Shown here one piece after another: positions 10,181 through 18,698 of a DNA stretch of 64,000 nt (position 1 is the stretch's first letter; each line of letters starts with the position of its first letter). A program made the translations under genes and the position numbers. The notes beneath the pieces were generated by a model. That model ran no database searches and had not been told where the DNA came from. It saw only the letters and a list, made by a program, of their open reading frames with translations. Origin of the DNA: Candidatus Magasanikiibacteriota bacterium (GTDB lineage: Bacteria > Patescibacteriota > Patescibacteriia > Magasanikbacterales > 2-02-FULL-50-9b); contig JAHFHU010000003.1 of assembly GCA_023246755.1 (NCBI GenBank), positions 3,854 through 67,853 on the forward strand, written 5' to 3'.

Positions 10181-10234
10181 TACAAAAATGTTTAACAATT
10201 ACGCTCAAAATGTTTAACATTTTTGTATCACACA
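10181..10234. promoter_or_regulatory. conserved 54-bp motif copy 1 (two ATGTTTAACA(T) palindromic sites 21 bp apart)
   Basis: tacaaaaatgtttaacaatt-6nt-aaaatgtttaacatttttgtatcacaca. 48 of 54 nt identical to 57225..57278. Confidence 0.4.
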
Positions 10235-10391
10235 AAAAGAATGTTGCTGCCATCAGATGGGACTCGCCGACTCGCAAAGTGCTCGTCGGCCGGAGCAGTC
10301 GGAATGCGCCCCGCGCGTTTCTTGGTGCTCTTCTTGTCCCTTCCAGTCCGCCGGAAAAGAAAAAAGGCACCCAGCAGGGTGTCTTTTTTCA

Positions 10392-10468
10392 TGGCGGACT
10401 GGAAGGGACTCGAACCCTCGACCTTCCGCGTGACAGGCGGACGTTCTAACCAGCTGAACTACCAGTCC
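10392..10468 (-). tRNA. tRNA-Asp (anticodon GTC)
   Basis: Reverse complement folds as a canonical 77-nt cloverleaf: acceptor GGACTGG/CCAGTCC, anticodon loop CTGTCAC, T-loop GGTTCGAGTCC, encoded CCA. Confidence 0.85.
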
Positions 10469-10598
10469 AAAGTGAGGGATACAACGAGCGTTCACGCTCG
10501 GTTGTCTCCCGAACGCGGACTGGTAGTTACGAGCAGCATGGCTGCGAAGTAACTAAGTCCAAGCGAGCTAGTTAGTAATTCCTCAGTTTATTTTAAAT

Positions 10599-10952
10599 TT
10601 ACGCCTTCGCCAACACCTTCTTAACCACTCCCTCAAACACTTTCGGATACTTTGACGCAAGTTCTGCGAGAACTTTACGATTCAAAACAATGCCGGACTT
10701 CTTCAAGGCGTCCGTGAATTTTGAATAAGACATTCCGTATTCGCGAACCGCCGCATTGATGACAATGTGCCAACCGCCGCGGGCGACCGCTTTTTTCTTG
10801 CGACGATCCTGCATCGAATTAACACCCGAATGCAAAATTGCTTCTTTTGCAACTTTGACACGGTTTTTGCGGCCCCACATGAAGCCTTTGGTATTTTTGA
10901 GCAATTTTGCGCGCTTCTGGGCGCGAACTGTTCCTCGTTTAACGCGTGGCAT
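10599..10952 (-). CDS. rplT: 50S ribosomal protein L20
   Basis: MPRVKRGTVRAQKRAKLLKNTKGF..INAAVREYGMSYSKF matches the L20 family. Confidence 0.9.
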   Translation of the reverse strand: MPRVKRGTVRAQKRAKLLKNTKGFMWGRKNRVKVAKEAILHSGVNSMQDRRKKKAVARGGWHIVINAAVREYGMSYSKFTDALKKSGIVLNRKVLAELASKYPKVFEGVVKKVLAKA

Positions 10953-10954
10953 AC

Positions 10955-11155
10955 TTATTTAATGTTAGACAACGAGCGCACAATCAGCTTTACGTGCGAT
11001 TTCGCCAGTGACTTGTCCGTGCGCTTGGCGCGCGTTGTGTTGCCGCTTTCACGCGCATTAAAGTGGTCCTGTCCGGCTGCGCGGTGGATTACCTTGTTCG
11101 TGCGTGTCACGCGGAAGCGCTTTGCGATCGATTTTTTTGTTTTGAGCTTCCCCAT
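10955..11155 (-). CDS. rpmI: 50S ribosomal protein L35
   Basis: MGKLKTKKSIAKRFRVT.. matches L35; sits between infC and rplT. Confidence 0.85.
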   Translation of the reverse strand: MGKLKTKKSIAKRFRVTRTNKVIHRAAGQDHFNARESGNTTRAKRTDKSLAKSHVKLIVRSLSNIK

Positions 11156-11202
11156 AGGTCAGAAATTAGTGTGCGGAGTATAGCAGCAACGGGCTACCCG
11201 CG

Positions 11203-11790
11203 TCAAGCCTTAGTCAGCAGAGCGATAATCTTGTTTTCCTGCTTGGTTGGGGCTTGTTCAACACGAAGCGGTGATTGCTTATTGAGATTCTCGATAAAAT
11301 CTTTGACAACTTTGAACGCATTTTCAACGAATTGTCGCTCGCGGCCGCGTAAAATAATTTCGACTTTGACTTTATTGCCATCCTCGAAAAAGCCTTTGGC
11401 TTGGTTGAGGCGCAGTGTTTTGTCGTGCTCGCCGATGCGGAGCGACAGCCGAACGCCCTTAACCTCGGTTTCTTTCTGTTTCTTTTTTTGAAGGCGTTCT
11501 TCTTTATCTTTTTGGTATTTAAATTGCCCGTATTCCAAAATTTTCACCACCGGCGGATTTGCTTCGGGATTAATCTCAATCAAATCAAGACCGCGTTCTT
11601 GCGCGAGTTTTTGGGCAGCTTCTGTTGACATCGTGCCGACGTGTTCGCCATTTTCATCGATCACGCGTACTTCGGGCACACGGATCATATCATTGAAGCG
11701 GACTTTGATTTTGATTGGTTCTGGCTTGAAACGCTTTCGGGCAATACGCATATATGGCAGGAGTATAGCGAATGTTTGCGTGTTATGCAA
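11203..11790 (-). CDS. infC: translation initiation factor IF-3
   Basis: VRVIDENGEHVGTMSTEAAQKLAQERGLDLIEINPEANPPVVKILEYGQFKYQ matches IF3. True start is probably a non-ATG or internal codon near MRIARK, so the N-terminal boundary is uncertain. Confidence 0.85.
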   Translation of the reverse strand: MHNTQTFAILLPYMRIARKRFKPEPIKIKVRFNDMIRVPEVRVIDENGEHVGTMSTEAAQKLAQERGLDLIEINPEANPPVVKILEYGQFKYQKDKEERLQKKKQKETEVKGVRLSLRIGEHDKTLRLNQAKGFFEDGNKVKVEIILRGRERQFVENAFKVVKDFIENLNKQSPLRVEQAPTKQENKIIALLTKA

Positions 11791-11807
11791 GGGGCTGGTT
11801 ATGAGAC

Positions 11808-12722
11808 TTACAAGCTAATGATCGCCGCCCCACCCAGCATCGCGATGATGGCGAAAATTTTTTGTGCGAGATGTGCGCGGCCGATTTTTTCAGTGCCGAG
11901 TTTCGGGAAAAACAACGTGAGACCAACGGCGATGAGCAAAACGAACACGGGTTGAAAACCATTGACAACTTGCGTGAGTGCGACGGGAACGGAAAGTAAT
12001 GCGAACGCCATTAACCGATTCCCCGCGCTATCGATGAGCGAGCTTGCAAAGTCGATAAGGAAAAATCGCGCGGTGTTTGCGCGGAAAATTTGGAAAAATT
12101 GTTCACGATATTTTGGCACGCACACAAATAGGAGGATGCTGAATCCGAGTGAGCCAAAAAATTGCCAGAGCGTTGCGGTCCAATAATCTGCGGTTGCGAC
12201 GGCGCCAATTTTGAAAAAAAGCCATGTGCACGCGATAAGAAACGACGCGACGAGCATGAGGCCGAGAACGGACATTTTTATTTTTTTTCGACGTGCGCCG
12301 AAATCAATCGACAGAAAAATTGCGGCTGCGACAATGATGATACTGCCGATGAGTTGTTGGCGCGACAATGTTTCGCCGAGCAGAAAAAATCCGATGAGAA
12401 ATGTAAACACCGGGATCGTTTGCCAGATCGGCACGACGTTTGAGGTTTCGTCACGCTCGAGTGCGTGGAGATAGAGCAGCACCGCGATGGTGTAAAGCGC
12501 GCCGCTTGCGAGAAGAACACCTGCGGCGTGTGCATCGAGCAACAGCGTGGCGGGTTTGAAAAAAATGATGAGTGGAATGAAGATGGCGAAGTCGAGCGCG
12601 GCGAACAGTACGTAACCGCCGGCGCCACCACCGACAAAATATTTCGATAACAAAAATTTTTCGATGTGATTCGTGATGCTCCAACAGAGTGATGCCAAAA
12701 GCGCGATGAAAATCCAGTGCAT
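11808..12722 (-). CDS. EamA-like (DMT superfamily) transporter
   Basis: Ten hydrophobic helices with a duplicated EamA-like pattern. Start reassigned to MHWIF (ATG 12722) because the 157-aa extension of the track ORF overlaps the DedA gene on the other strand. Confidence 0.6.
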   Translation of the reverse strand: MHWIFIALLASLCWSITNHIEKFLLSKYFVGGGAGGYVLFAALDFAIFIPLIIFFKPATLLLDAHAAGVLLASGALYTIAVLLYLHALERDETSNVVPIWQTIPVFTFLIGFFLLGETLSRQQLIGSIIIVAAAIFLSIDFGARRKKIKMSVLGLMLVASFLIACTWLFFKIGAVATADYWTATLWQFFGSLGFSILLFVCVPKYREQFFQIFRANTARFFLIDFASSLIDSAGNRLMAFALLSVPVALTQVVNGFQPVFVLLIAVGLTLFFPKLGTEKIGRAHLAQKIFAIIAMLGGAAIISL

Positions 12723-12800
12723 AGTTTTTAGTATAACAAAAAATCGATGATCGTGTGCGTGGAGTTGTGTAAGATTGAATAATTCGCTACACTTCTTTTT

Positions 12801-13433
12801 ATGCTCGACATCATCACACTCATCAAAGCGGGCGGCTATATCACCGTTGGCGGATTCGTATTCGCCGAATCGGGCATACTTGTCGGATTTTTTCTGCCGG
12901 GCGACAGCCTTTTGTTCACCGCAGGGTTTCTTGCCTCGCAAGGATACCTCAACATCGGAATTTTGGTTGCCGTTACGTTTGTGTGCGCACTTGTCGGTGA
13001 TAGCGTTGGATATGCATTTGGTAAACGGCTTGGCCCGCGTATTTTCACTCGCGAAGATTCGATTTTTTTCGACAAACAACACGTCCAACGGGCGGAAGCG
13101 TTTTATCAAAAACATGGCGGCAAAGCAATCACACTCGCGCGTTTCATTCCGGTTGTGCGGACATTCGCGCCCGTCGTCGCGGGTGTTGGTCATATGCCGT
13201 ATCGAACATTTTTGTTTTATAATTTTATCGGCGCGCTTGTGTGGGGCGTGGGACTGCCGATCATCGGATATTTTGCCGGTTCGTACATTCCAAATATTGA
13301 TGAATATTTATTGCCGGTGATTCTCGGCATCGTGTTCATATCAATTTCGCCCGCGATTTTTCATTTGGTCAGACACAAAAATGATCGCGCGCAGTTGATC
13401 GCGAAAGTCCGTGCGATTTTTTCGAAAAAATAA
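12801..13433 (+). CDS. DedA/SNARE-associated family membrane protein
   Basis: GFFLPGDSLLFTAGFLA..ARFIPVVRTFAPVVAGVGHMPYRTF is a DedA signature. Confidence 0.7.
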   Translation: MLDIITLIKAGGYITVGGFVFAESGILVGFFLPGDSLLFTAGFLASQGYLNIGILVAVTFVCALVGDSVGYAFGKRLGPRIFTREDSIFFDKQHVQRAEAFYQKHGGKAITLARFIPVVRTFAPVVAGVGHMPYRTFLFYNFIGALVWGVGLPIIGYFAGSYIPNIDEYLLPVILGIVFISISPAIFHLVRHKNDRAQLIAKVRAIFSKK

Positions 13434-13436
13434 AAT

Positions 13437-14213
13437 ATGCAGTCATCAAATAAATCAACGTCATGGGGTGGAGTTGCTGATTGGTATGACGGTGTTGTTG
13501 AGCATCAAGATTCATATCAAAAAACGGTGGTGCTCCCCAATTTATTGCGGATGATGAAAATTAAGTCGGGCGATCGGATTTTTGATATCGCGTGCGGTCA
13601 GGGATTTTTTGCCCGAGCGTTTGCATCGGCGGGTGCGCATGTTGTCGCGTCGGATATTTCGTCGGAACTCATTGCGATTGCGCAAAAAAGTTCGGCATCC
13701 GAGATTGATTTTCACGTAGCGTCGGCAAATGAGTGCGAATTTATTGCGGCCGAATCCATCGATACGATTACGATTATTTTGGCGTTGCAAAATATCGAAC
13801 GCGTTGCGCCGGTTATGAGTGCGGCGGTGCGCGCGCTGAGGCACGGTGGAAAAATGTTTTTGGTTTTGAATCATCCGGTGTTTCGCAATCCGGGAAAATC
13901 TGCGTGGGGGTGGGATGAAAAAACGCGCACGCAATTTCGTCGCGTTGATGAATATTTGACCGAGAAAAAACAGGCGATGCAGATGCACCCGGGCGCGGAT
14001 CCAACGAACGTGACTTTTTCGTTTCATCGACCGCTGCAATTATATGTTAAGCATCTTGCGCGTGTTGGCTGTGCGGTGACGGCGCTCGAAGAGTGGGTTT
14101 CGGATCGCGTATCAACCAAGGGCGCGCGTTCGGCGGCGGAAAATAAATCGCGCGCGGAGATCCCGCTTTTTATGTGTATCGAGGCGACGAAACTATTTGA
14201 AAAACAAAAATAA
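13437..14213 (+). CDS. class I SAM-dependent methyltransferase
   Basis: Motif I IFDIACGQGFFARAF plus acidic post-I residue (VVASDIS). Confidence 0.65.
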   Translation: MQSSNKSTSWGGVADWYDGVVEHQDSYQKTVVLPNLLRMMKIKSGDRIFDIACGQGFFARAFASAGAHVVASDISSELIAIAQKSSASEIDFHVASANECEFIAAESIDTITIILALQNIERVAPVMSAAVRALRHGGKMFLVLNHPVFRNPGKSAWGWDEKTRTQFRRVDEYLTEKKQAMQMHPGADPTNVTFSFHRPLQLYVKHLARVGCAVTALEEWVSDRVSTKGARSAAENKSRAEIPLFMCIEATKLFEKQK

Positions 14214-14275
14214 AAAACCCCAGAGCCGATCCGCGAGAAGTTGCGCGCGAGATCGGGTGGGGGATTTTGGTTTGA

Positions 14276-14953
14276 TTAGATCATGCGGGCAACGAATTGC
14301 CGACCGTGACCGAGTTCAATGTTGATGGGAACGCCTGCCGCGCACAGGGGGCAACTCGCCGCGTCGTATGCGGTGAGCGGCGTTGTGACGAGTGGACTGA
14401 AGCGGATGTCCTGTTTCGCGAAATCGTCGTGCGTCAATGGCCCGCGGTTGCAAATCGCATGCACGCTTACCACGGTGCCGCCGTTTTCCTTCACGAGATC
14501 GATGAGACGCAGCACGGTTTTTCCCGTGTTTACGATGTCTTCGACGATCACCACCCTTTTTCCGGCAACGAGCTTGTCAAAGCCGCGTTTGAGCATGATT
14601 TGCTCGACGCGGACGACACGATCGTTTTCCATGCGGAAACTTACGTCGTTGTCGGCAAACAGCGAAAGCGGCTTGTTTTTTTTGCGGGCATGCATCGAGA
14701 TTTCTTGCGCGACGATTGGAGACATCATCGCGCCAACGACCGCCGCTCCAAGAACGATGTCGGGGTCATCTTTTAATGCGTTGGATGCGATCCACCAACA
14801 CAATTGTGTGAAATCGTTCGGGTGCTGCGTGATTGCGGTTTTGTCAATGTACTCGGCGCCGTGTTTGCCGCTCGTATAAACAAAGTGGCTGTTCGTGACG
14901 ACGGCGCCGAGGCGGCTGAGCATCTCGAGCACCTGTATCTCGATATTCTTCAT
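14276..14953 (-). CDS. pyrE: phosphoribosyltransferase, probable orotate phosphoribosyltransferase
   Basis: PRPP-binding motif VVIVEDIVNTGKT, N-terminal FVYTSGKHGAEY, and adjacency to pyrF. Confidence 0.6.
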   Translation of the reverse strand: MKNIEIQVLEMLSRLGAVVTNSHFVYTSGKHGAEYIDKTAITQHPNDFTQLCWWIASNALKDDPDIVLGAAVVGAMMSPIVAQEISMHARKKNKPLSLFADNDVSFRMENDRVVRVEQIMLKRGFDKLVAGKRVVIVEDIVNTGKTVLRLIDLVKENGGTVVSVHAICNRGPLTHDDFAKQDIRFSPLVTTPLTAYDAASCPLCAAGVPINIELGHGRQFVARMI

Positions 14954-14965
14954 GAGAACCCCTTT

Positions 14966-15946
14966 TTACAGACCGCGGATGCGATCGATTTCTTTGTTGA
15001 ACTGCATGAGCCGTGACCGTGCCGCCGTGGCGTAGTCGTTCTCACGCGATGCGTGGATGATGCCGCTGGCGTTGACCGGCAACACGCCGGTGCGCCGCTC
15101 GGTCCAGCCTTCGTGAAGCGCTGGTTCTGCAACGGCACCCTGCGATCCAAAGCCGGGCATGAGGATCGGCATGTAAGCAGCTTGGCTGCGCGCAAGCCGA
15201 AGATTTTGTGCGGTGCAATTGCCACCGATCACCAGTCCACAGTTGCCGTTGTAATTCCATTTTCTGCGAACCGTTGATGCAACTGCTTGCCACCATGTCG
15301 GGAAATCGCCATCACTGAGGCATTGAAATTCTTCGCCGCCTGCGTTACTTGTGCGGCAGACAACGAAAATGCCTTTGTTCGCGCGTTTGAGAAATGGTTC
15401 CATCGCCTCGTGCCCGTGCCACGCGTGGACCGTGATCGCGTCTGCGCCGAGCTCGTCGAACAAGAAATCGGCGTATTGTGCGTTCGTGTTGCCGATGTCT
15501 GCAACCTTGCAGTCAACGATAATCGGTACATCGGGGGCAACTTCTTTGATGTAGGCGACGGTGTTTTTGAGGATATGGAGCCGCGACAGATAAAACGCCC
15601 AGTTGAGTTTGTACGAACCGACCTGATCGTGCGTTGCGGTGATTATTGCCTCAAGGAAATTCGTGTACGCGAAATTGAGGCTCGATTCGTTCACGTGATC
15701 ATCGTATCTGAGTGGCATTTTTGCCCGATCCGGATCGAGTCCAAGGCAGGTGATGAGGCCCGTTGCCTCGCGTGCGTGCCACAATTTCATGAAGTTTCGT
15801 TGCTGATTCGGCATGATTTTTCTCCAAAGAACCATTATGTGCAAACCACGATAGTTTGCAGCTGGGGCGGATTTTAACACGGATTTTTTCGTAGAGCAAA
15901 TTCGGATAATAAAAAGCGGCCACTGCATGTGCGTTTGATTGCACAC
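14966..15946 (-). CDS. pyrF: orotidine 5'-phosphate decarboxylase (long type 2 form)
   Basis: IIVDCKVADIGNT (DxKxxDIxxT catalytic motif); 326 aa length fits type 2. Confidence 0.7.
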   Translation of the reverse strand: MCNQTHMQWPLFIIRICSTKKSVLKSAPAANYRGLHIMVLWRKIMPNQQRNFMKLWHAREATGLITCLGLDPDRAKMPLRYDDHVNESSLNFAYTNFLEAIITATHDQVGSYKLNWAFYLSRLHILKNTVAYIKEVAPDVPIIVDCKVADIGNTNAQYADFLFDELGADAITVHAWHGHEAMEPFLKRANKGIFVVCRTSNAGGEEFQCLSDGDFPTWWQAVASTVRRKWNYNGNCGLVIGGNCTAQNLRLARSQAAYMPILMPGFGSQGAVAEPALHEGWTERRTGVLPVNASGIIHASRENDYATAARSRLMQFNKEIDRIRGL

Positions 15947-15978
15947 ACGGTGGCCGCGGGTTGAGCAGTTGGGCCTTT

Positions 15979-16290
15979 TTAGCCGCCGCGGATCACGTTT
16001 ACGCCGAGTCGTATCGTTGTGATTCCGTAGTGGAGCGGCGCGGCTGCGTTGACGATTGCGTCGCTGACGAGATCGCCGAGCGCGAGTGCGCTGTCTACGA
16101 TGTTTGTAGTACTCTCAGTTTCTTTATGAATCGCGTGGTTTTTTTCCCGCTTGAGCGCCGAGATGACGCTGAGCGGAATTGAGATGCCGAGCATCGGGGC
16201 CGTTGCGACGGTGATCGCCGCGCCGACACCGATGATCGTTCCGCCGATGTTGATGCGAATGATGGCGGATGGGATGGTAAAAAGTGACAC
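15979..16290 (-). CDS. small hypothetical protein (glycine-zipper, possibly membrane)
   Basis: ORF only; GxxxG-rich hydrophobic N-terminus. Confidence 0.3.
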   Translation of the reverse strand: MSLFTIPSAIIRINIGGTIIGVGAAITVATAPMLGISIPLSVISALKREKNHAIHKETESTTNIVDSALALGDLVSDAIVNAAAPLHYGITTIRLGVNVIRGG

Positions 16291-16343
16291 GAGCTGCCTC
16301 CGAAGTTATTGAGACTTTTTTATAGCACGCGGAATTTTTTCTG

Positions 16344-16592
16344 TCAATCGTGCATGCTGTTGGCGGGTTCGACGGTGATGTCAGCGCGACCTGCGTACCA
16401 GAATGGCCGATTCGCGCAATCGAAGCCACACCCGAGTTCGGTTCCGACACCCTCATGTTCTTGGTCTGGATCAGGTTCGCCGCACGCGGGGCAGAGATAC
16501 GTGCCGTACGCGTCGCGAAATGTCGGCTCGCTGTAGCCAATGCCCTCGGTGGACGCGTCGGCGTGGCGATTTGGGTTGTAATTGTGGGCCAT
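16344..16592 (-). CDS. small Cys-rich (zinc-ribbon-like) hypothetical protein
   Basis: Internal start at MAHNY with GGAG 9 nt upstream; CPACGE...CGFDC. The longer track ORF would run across the fic promoter region. Confidence 0.25.
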   Translation of the reverse strand: MAHNYNPNRHADASTEGIGYSEPTFRDAYGTYLCPACGEPDPDQEHEGVGTELGCGFDCANRPFWYAGRADITVEPANSMHD

Positions 16593-16787
16593 GGTGTTTG
16601 ACTCCGTGTTTGAGGTGACTGTCCTGCAGTATGCCCGTGTGTTTGGGGGAATGTCAATGGTGTAAACAAAAAAGCTTGAAGCAACATATAAATAAAAGCT
16701 AGCCAACACGGAAGAACTAAAAAATCTGTTCTCAAAAAGGCCTTTGGCGGGGAGCTGTGACTTTGTATAGATTGATTGACTGAATAG

Positions 16788-16810
16788 ATACAAACTGCTA
16801 TAGTTTGTAT
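16788..16810. promoter_or_regulatory. perfect 9-bp inverted repeat (ATACAAACT-n5-AGTTTGTAT), putative operator 15 bp upstream of fic
   Basis: Read directly from sequence. Its position between -10-like TATAGT/TATACA elements and the fic ATG suggests autoregulation. Confidence 0.4.
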
Positions 16811-16824
16811 ACATCGTAAAAAAT

Positions 16825-17997
16825 ATGGAAACAAACCGTATAAAATCACTTCAGATTGGCAGAAATATAGAGCAAAAAGAAGGTTTTAAGGCCTTTGTTC
16901 CTCATCATTTTCCCCCAAAGGAAGGTTTTGACTTTGATCCAAAAATTTTGAAAAAGAATAATGAAGCGACGCGCCTACTTGGTAAGCTCGACGGTATTAC
17001 CAAGCTTCTTCCGGACGCTGACTTTTTTTTGCTCATGTATTTAAGAAAAGATGCGACGTCCTCCAGTCAGATCGAAGGAACGATGGCAACGATGATTGAT
17101 GCAATTGAAGCCGAAGTGCAAGTCAGTGAGCATATTCCAGAAGATGTAGATGATATTTTGCATTACATTACGGCACTCAATTACGGCATCAAGCGAGTGA
17201 CGTCGGATAATTTTCCGATGGCACTCCGCTTTGTGCGGGAACTCCATCAAAAATTAATGCATACGGCGCGAGCTACGCATTTTTCTGATCCCGGAGAATT
17301 CAGAAAATCACAAAATTGGATCGGCGGCACGCGTCCGGGCAACGCGCGATTTGTTCCGCCGCCCGTTAGCGAGATGCATACATCTCTCAATGATCTTGAA
17401 TTATTCATGCATGCTGATGACACAACTCCAACGGTCATTAAGGCGGGGCTCATCCATGCTCAGTTTGAAACGATTCACCCATTTTTAGATGGAAACGGAA
17501 GAACAGGACGCATGTTGATCACGTTTTATTTGTGGAAAGAAGGTTTCTTGGAAAAACCTGTTTTATTTTTGTCGTCTTATTTTAAAAAACATCAAAAATT
17601 GTATTACGAAAAATTGTCTGGATATCACAGTGATGATGCCAAGATTGCTGAATGGGTTGAATTTTTTTTGGATGGTGTGATTGAAATTGCTAATGAAGCT
17701 ATTGCCATCGTTGATAAGATTAGTGTTTTGCGCGAAAAGGATATGGAAAAAGTTCAATCACTCGGCAAGCGAGCTTCGGAAAGTGCGATCATGGTTTTGC
17801 CGAAGCTGTACGGTCAGCCAATTGTTAATAATGCTTTAATCCAGAAATGGACAGGCTTCACTCGTGCGGGGGCGCAAACGGTGATTGATCGATTTATTGC
17901 GTTAGGAATCCTTTCTCCGAAAGATAAGGATAAAAAATATGGTCAATCATACATCTACAAAAAGTATGTTGCGATTTTTGTAGATACGGATCATTGA
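16825..17997 (+). CDS. fic: Fic family protein (AMPylator) with intramolecular inhibitory motif
   Basis: HPFLDGNGRTGRML core Fic motif. N-terminal SSQIEG matches the [ST]xxxE[GN] inhibitory helix of class II Fic. Confidence 0.85.
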   Translation: METNRIKSLQIGRNIEQKEGFKAFVPHHFPPKEGFDFDPKILKKNNEATRLLGKLDGITKLLPDADFFLLMYLRKDATSSSQIEGTMATMIDAIEAEVQVSEHIPEDVDDILHYITALNYGIKRVTSDNFPMALRFVRELHQKLMHTARATHFSDPGEFRKSQNWIGGTRPGNARFVPPPVSEMHTSLNDLELFMHADDTTPTVIKAGLIHAQFETIHPFLDGNGRTGRMLITFYLWKEGFLEKPVLFLSSYFKKHQKLYYEKLSGYHSDDAKIAEWVEFFLDGVIEIANEAIAIVDKISVLREKDMEKVQSLGKRASESAIMVLPKLYGQPIVNNALIQKWTGFTRAGAQTVIDRFIALGILSPKDKDKKYGQSYIYKKYVAIFVDTDH

Positions 17998-18149
17998 TCG
18001 AATTTACCGTAGCCCGAGGTTCGGGCCCGTACACGTCTCGCGCTATCTGGCGCGCGAAGGTAACCAGGGAAATCTGCTGGGAACCGTATGTCGTGGCGGA
18101 CTAACCAGAAGTGGTTGGGAGATTTCATTCACGGAGCGCGATCGGCTGA

Positions 18150-18656
18150 TTGCGCGCTCACGGTGGATTTAATCTCTCAGCCACTTTTATTTTGGAAACA
18201 TATGGAACAGAAAACAGAGGCGCACGTATTCACGCAGGCCGAGGAGCTCGTGCGTACGCGCCGTTTCATGTGCGCGATTTGCTCGTGGAGCATGGATATG
18301 GTCCCGAGGTGTGTCTTGCGGGGCTGCTGCACGACATTGTCGAGGATGGCGGTGTGTCGCTGGGTGAGCTGCGCGCGGCAGGATTTGGTGAGCGCGTCGT
18401 GGAGCTCGTTGATTTGTGCACGCATGACGCGTCGATTGAGGGGAATGATGCGCGATGGATTGTTATGATGGCGCGGCTGGTGCAGGCAGGCGACAGTGAC
18501 GCGTGGGCGATTAAGGTGGCGGATCTGGCGGATAATTTGCGGGATAGTGGGACGATGGAGGAGGGGCGGAGGAAGTGGATGTGGGAGGTTAAGAGGCCGA
18601 TGATGGGGAGGGTGGCGAAGGGGGCTAATGAGGAGCTGCTGAAGTTATTGGGTTGA
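18150..18656 (+). CDS. HD-domain phosphohydrolase (RelA/SpoT-like HD fold, small stand-alone)
   Basis: HAGRGARAYAPFHV...LAGLLHDIVED, i.e. H..HD..D metal ligands. True start may be a TTG/GTG near 18190. Locally GC-rich. Confidence 0.55.
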   Translation: MRAHGGFNLSATFILETYGTENRGARIHAGRGARAYAPFHVRDLLVEHGYGPEVCLAGLLHDIVEDGGVSLGELRAAGFGERVVELVDLCTHDASIEGNDARWIVMMARLVQAGDSDAWAIKVADLADNLRDSGTMEEGRRKWMWEVKRPMMGRVAKGANEELLKLLG

Positions 18657-18698
18657 TGTGACATTCTTTGTGAATTGTAGTAAGATCCCACTATATTT

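Noticed and set aside
10071-10552. Track ORFs overlapping the tRNA-Asp region (10071..10370 -, 10162..10449 +, 10223..10552 +, 10253..10495 -)
   Set aside because: They span a canonical tRNA gene and its flanks and have no coding signatures, so they are spurious.
12723-13193. 157-aa N-terminal extension of the 11808..13193 minus-strand ORF
   Set aside because: It overlaps the well-supported DedA gene on the + strand. The EamA-like transporter domain begins at an internal ATG (12722), so the start was reassigned there.
16344-16814. Full-length 156-aa minus-strand ORF upstream of fic
   Set aside because: Its 5' part covers the fic promoter/operator region and is low-complexity (SSS/YLY). Only the C-terminal Cys-containing ~82 aa with a plausible RBS was kept, at low confidence.
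18088-18468. Alternative frame ORF (MEQKTEAH...) for the HD-domain region
   Set aside because: The HD-domain signature (H..HD..D) reads through in the 18150 frame. The 18088 frame gives a Cys/Arg-rich product typical of an off-frame GC-rich translation.
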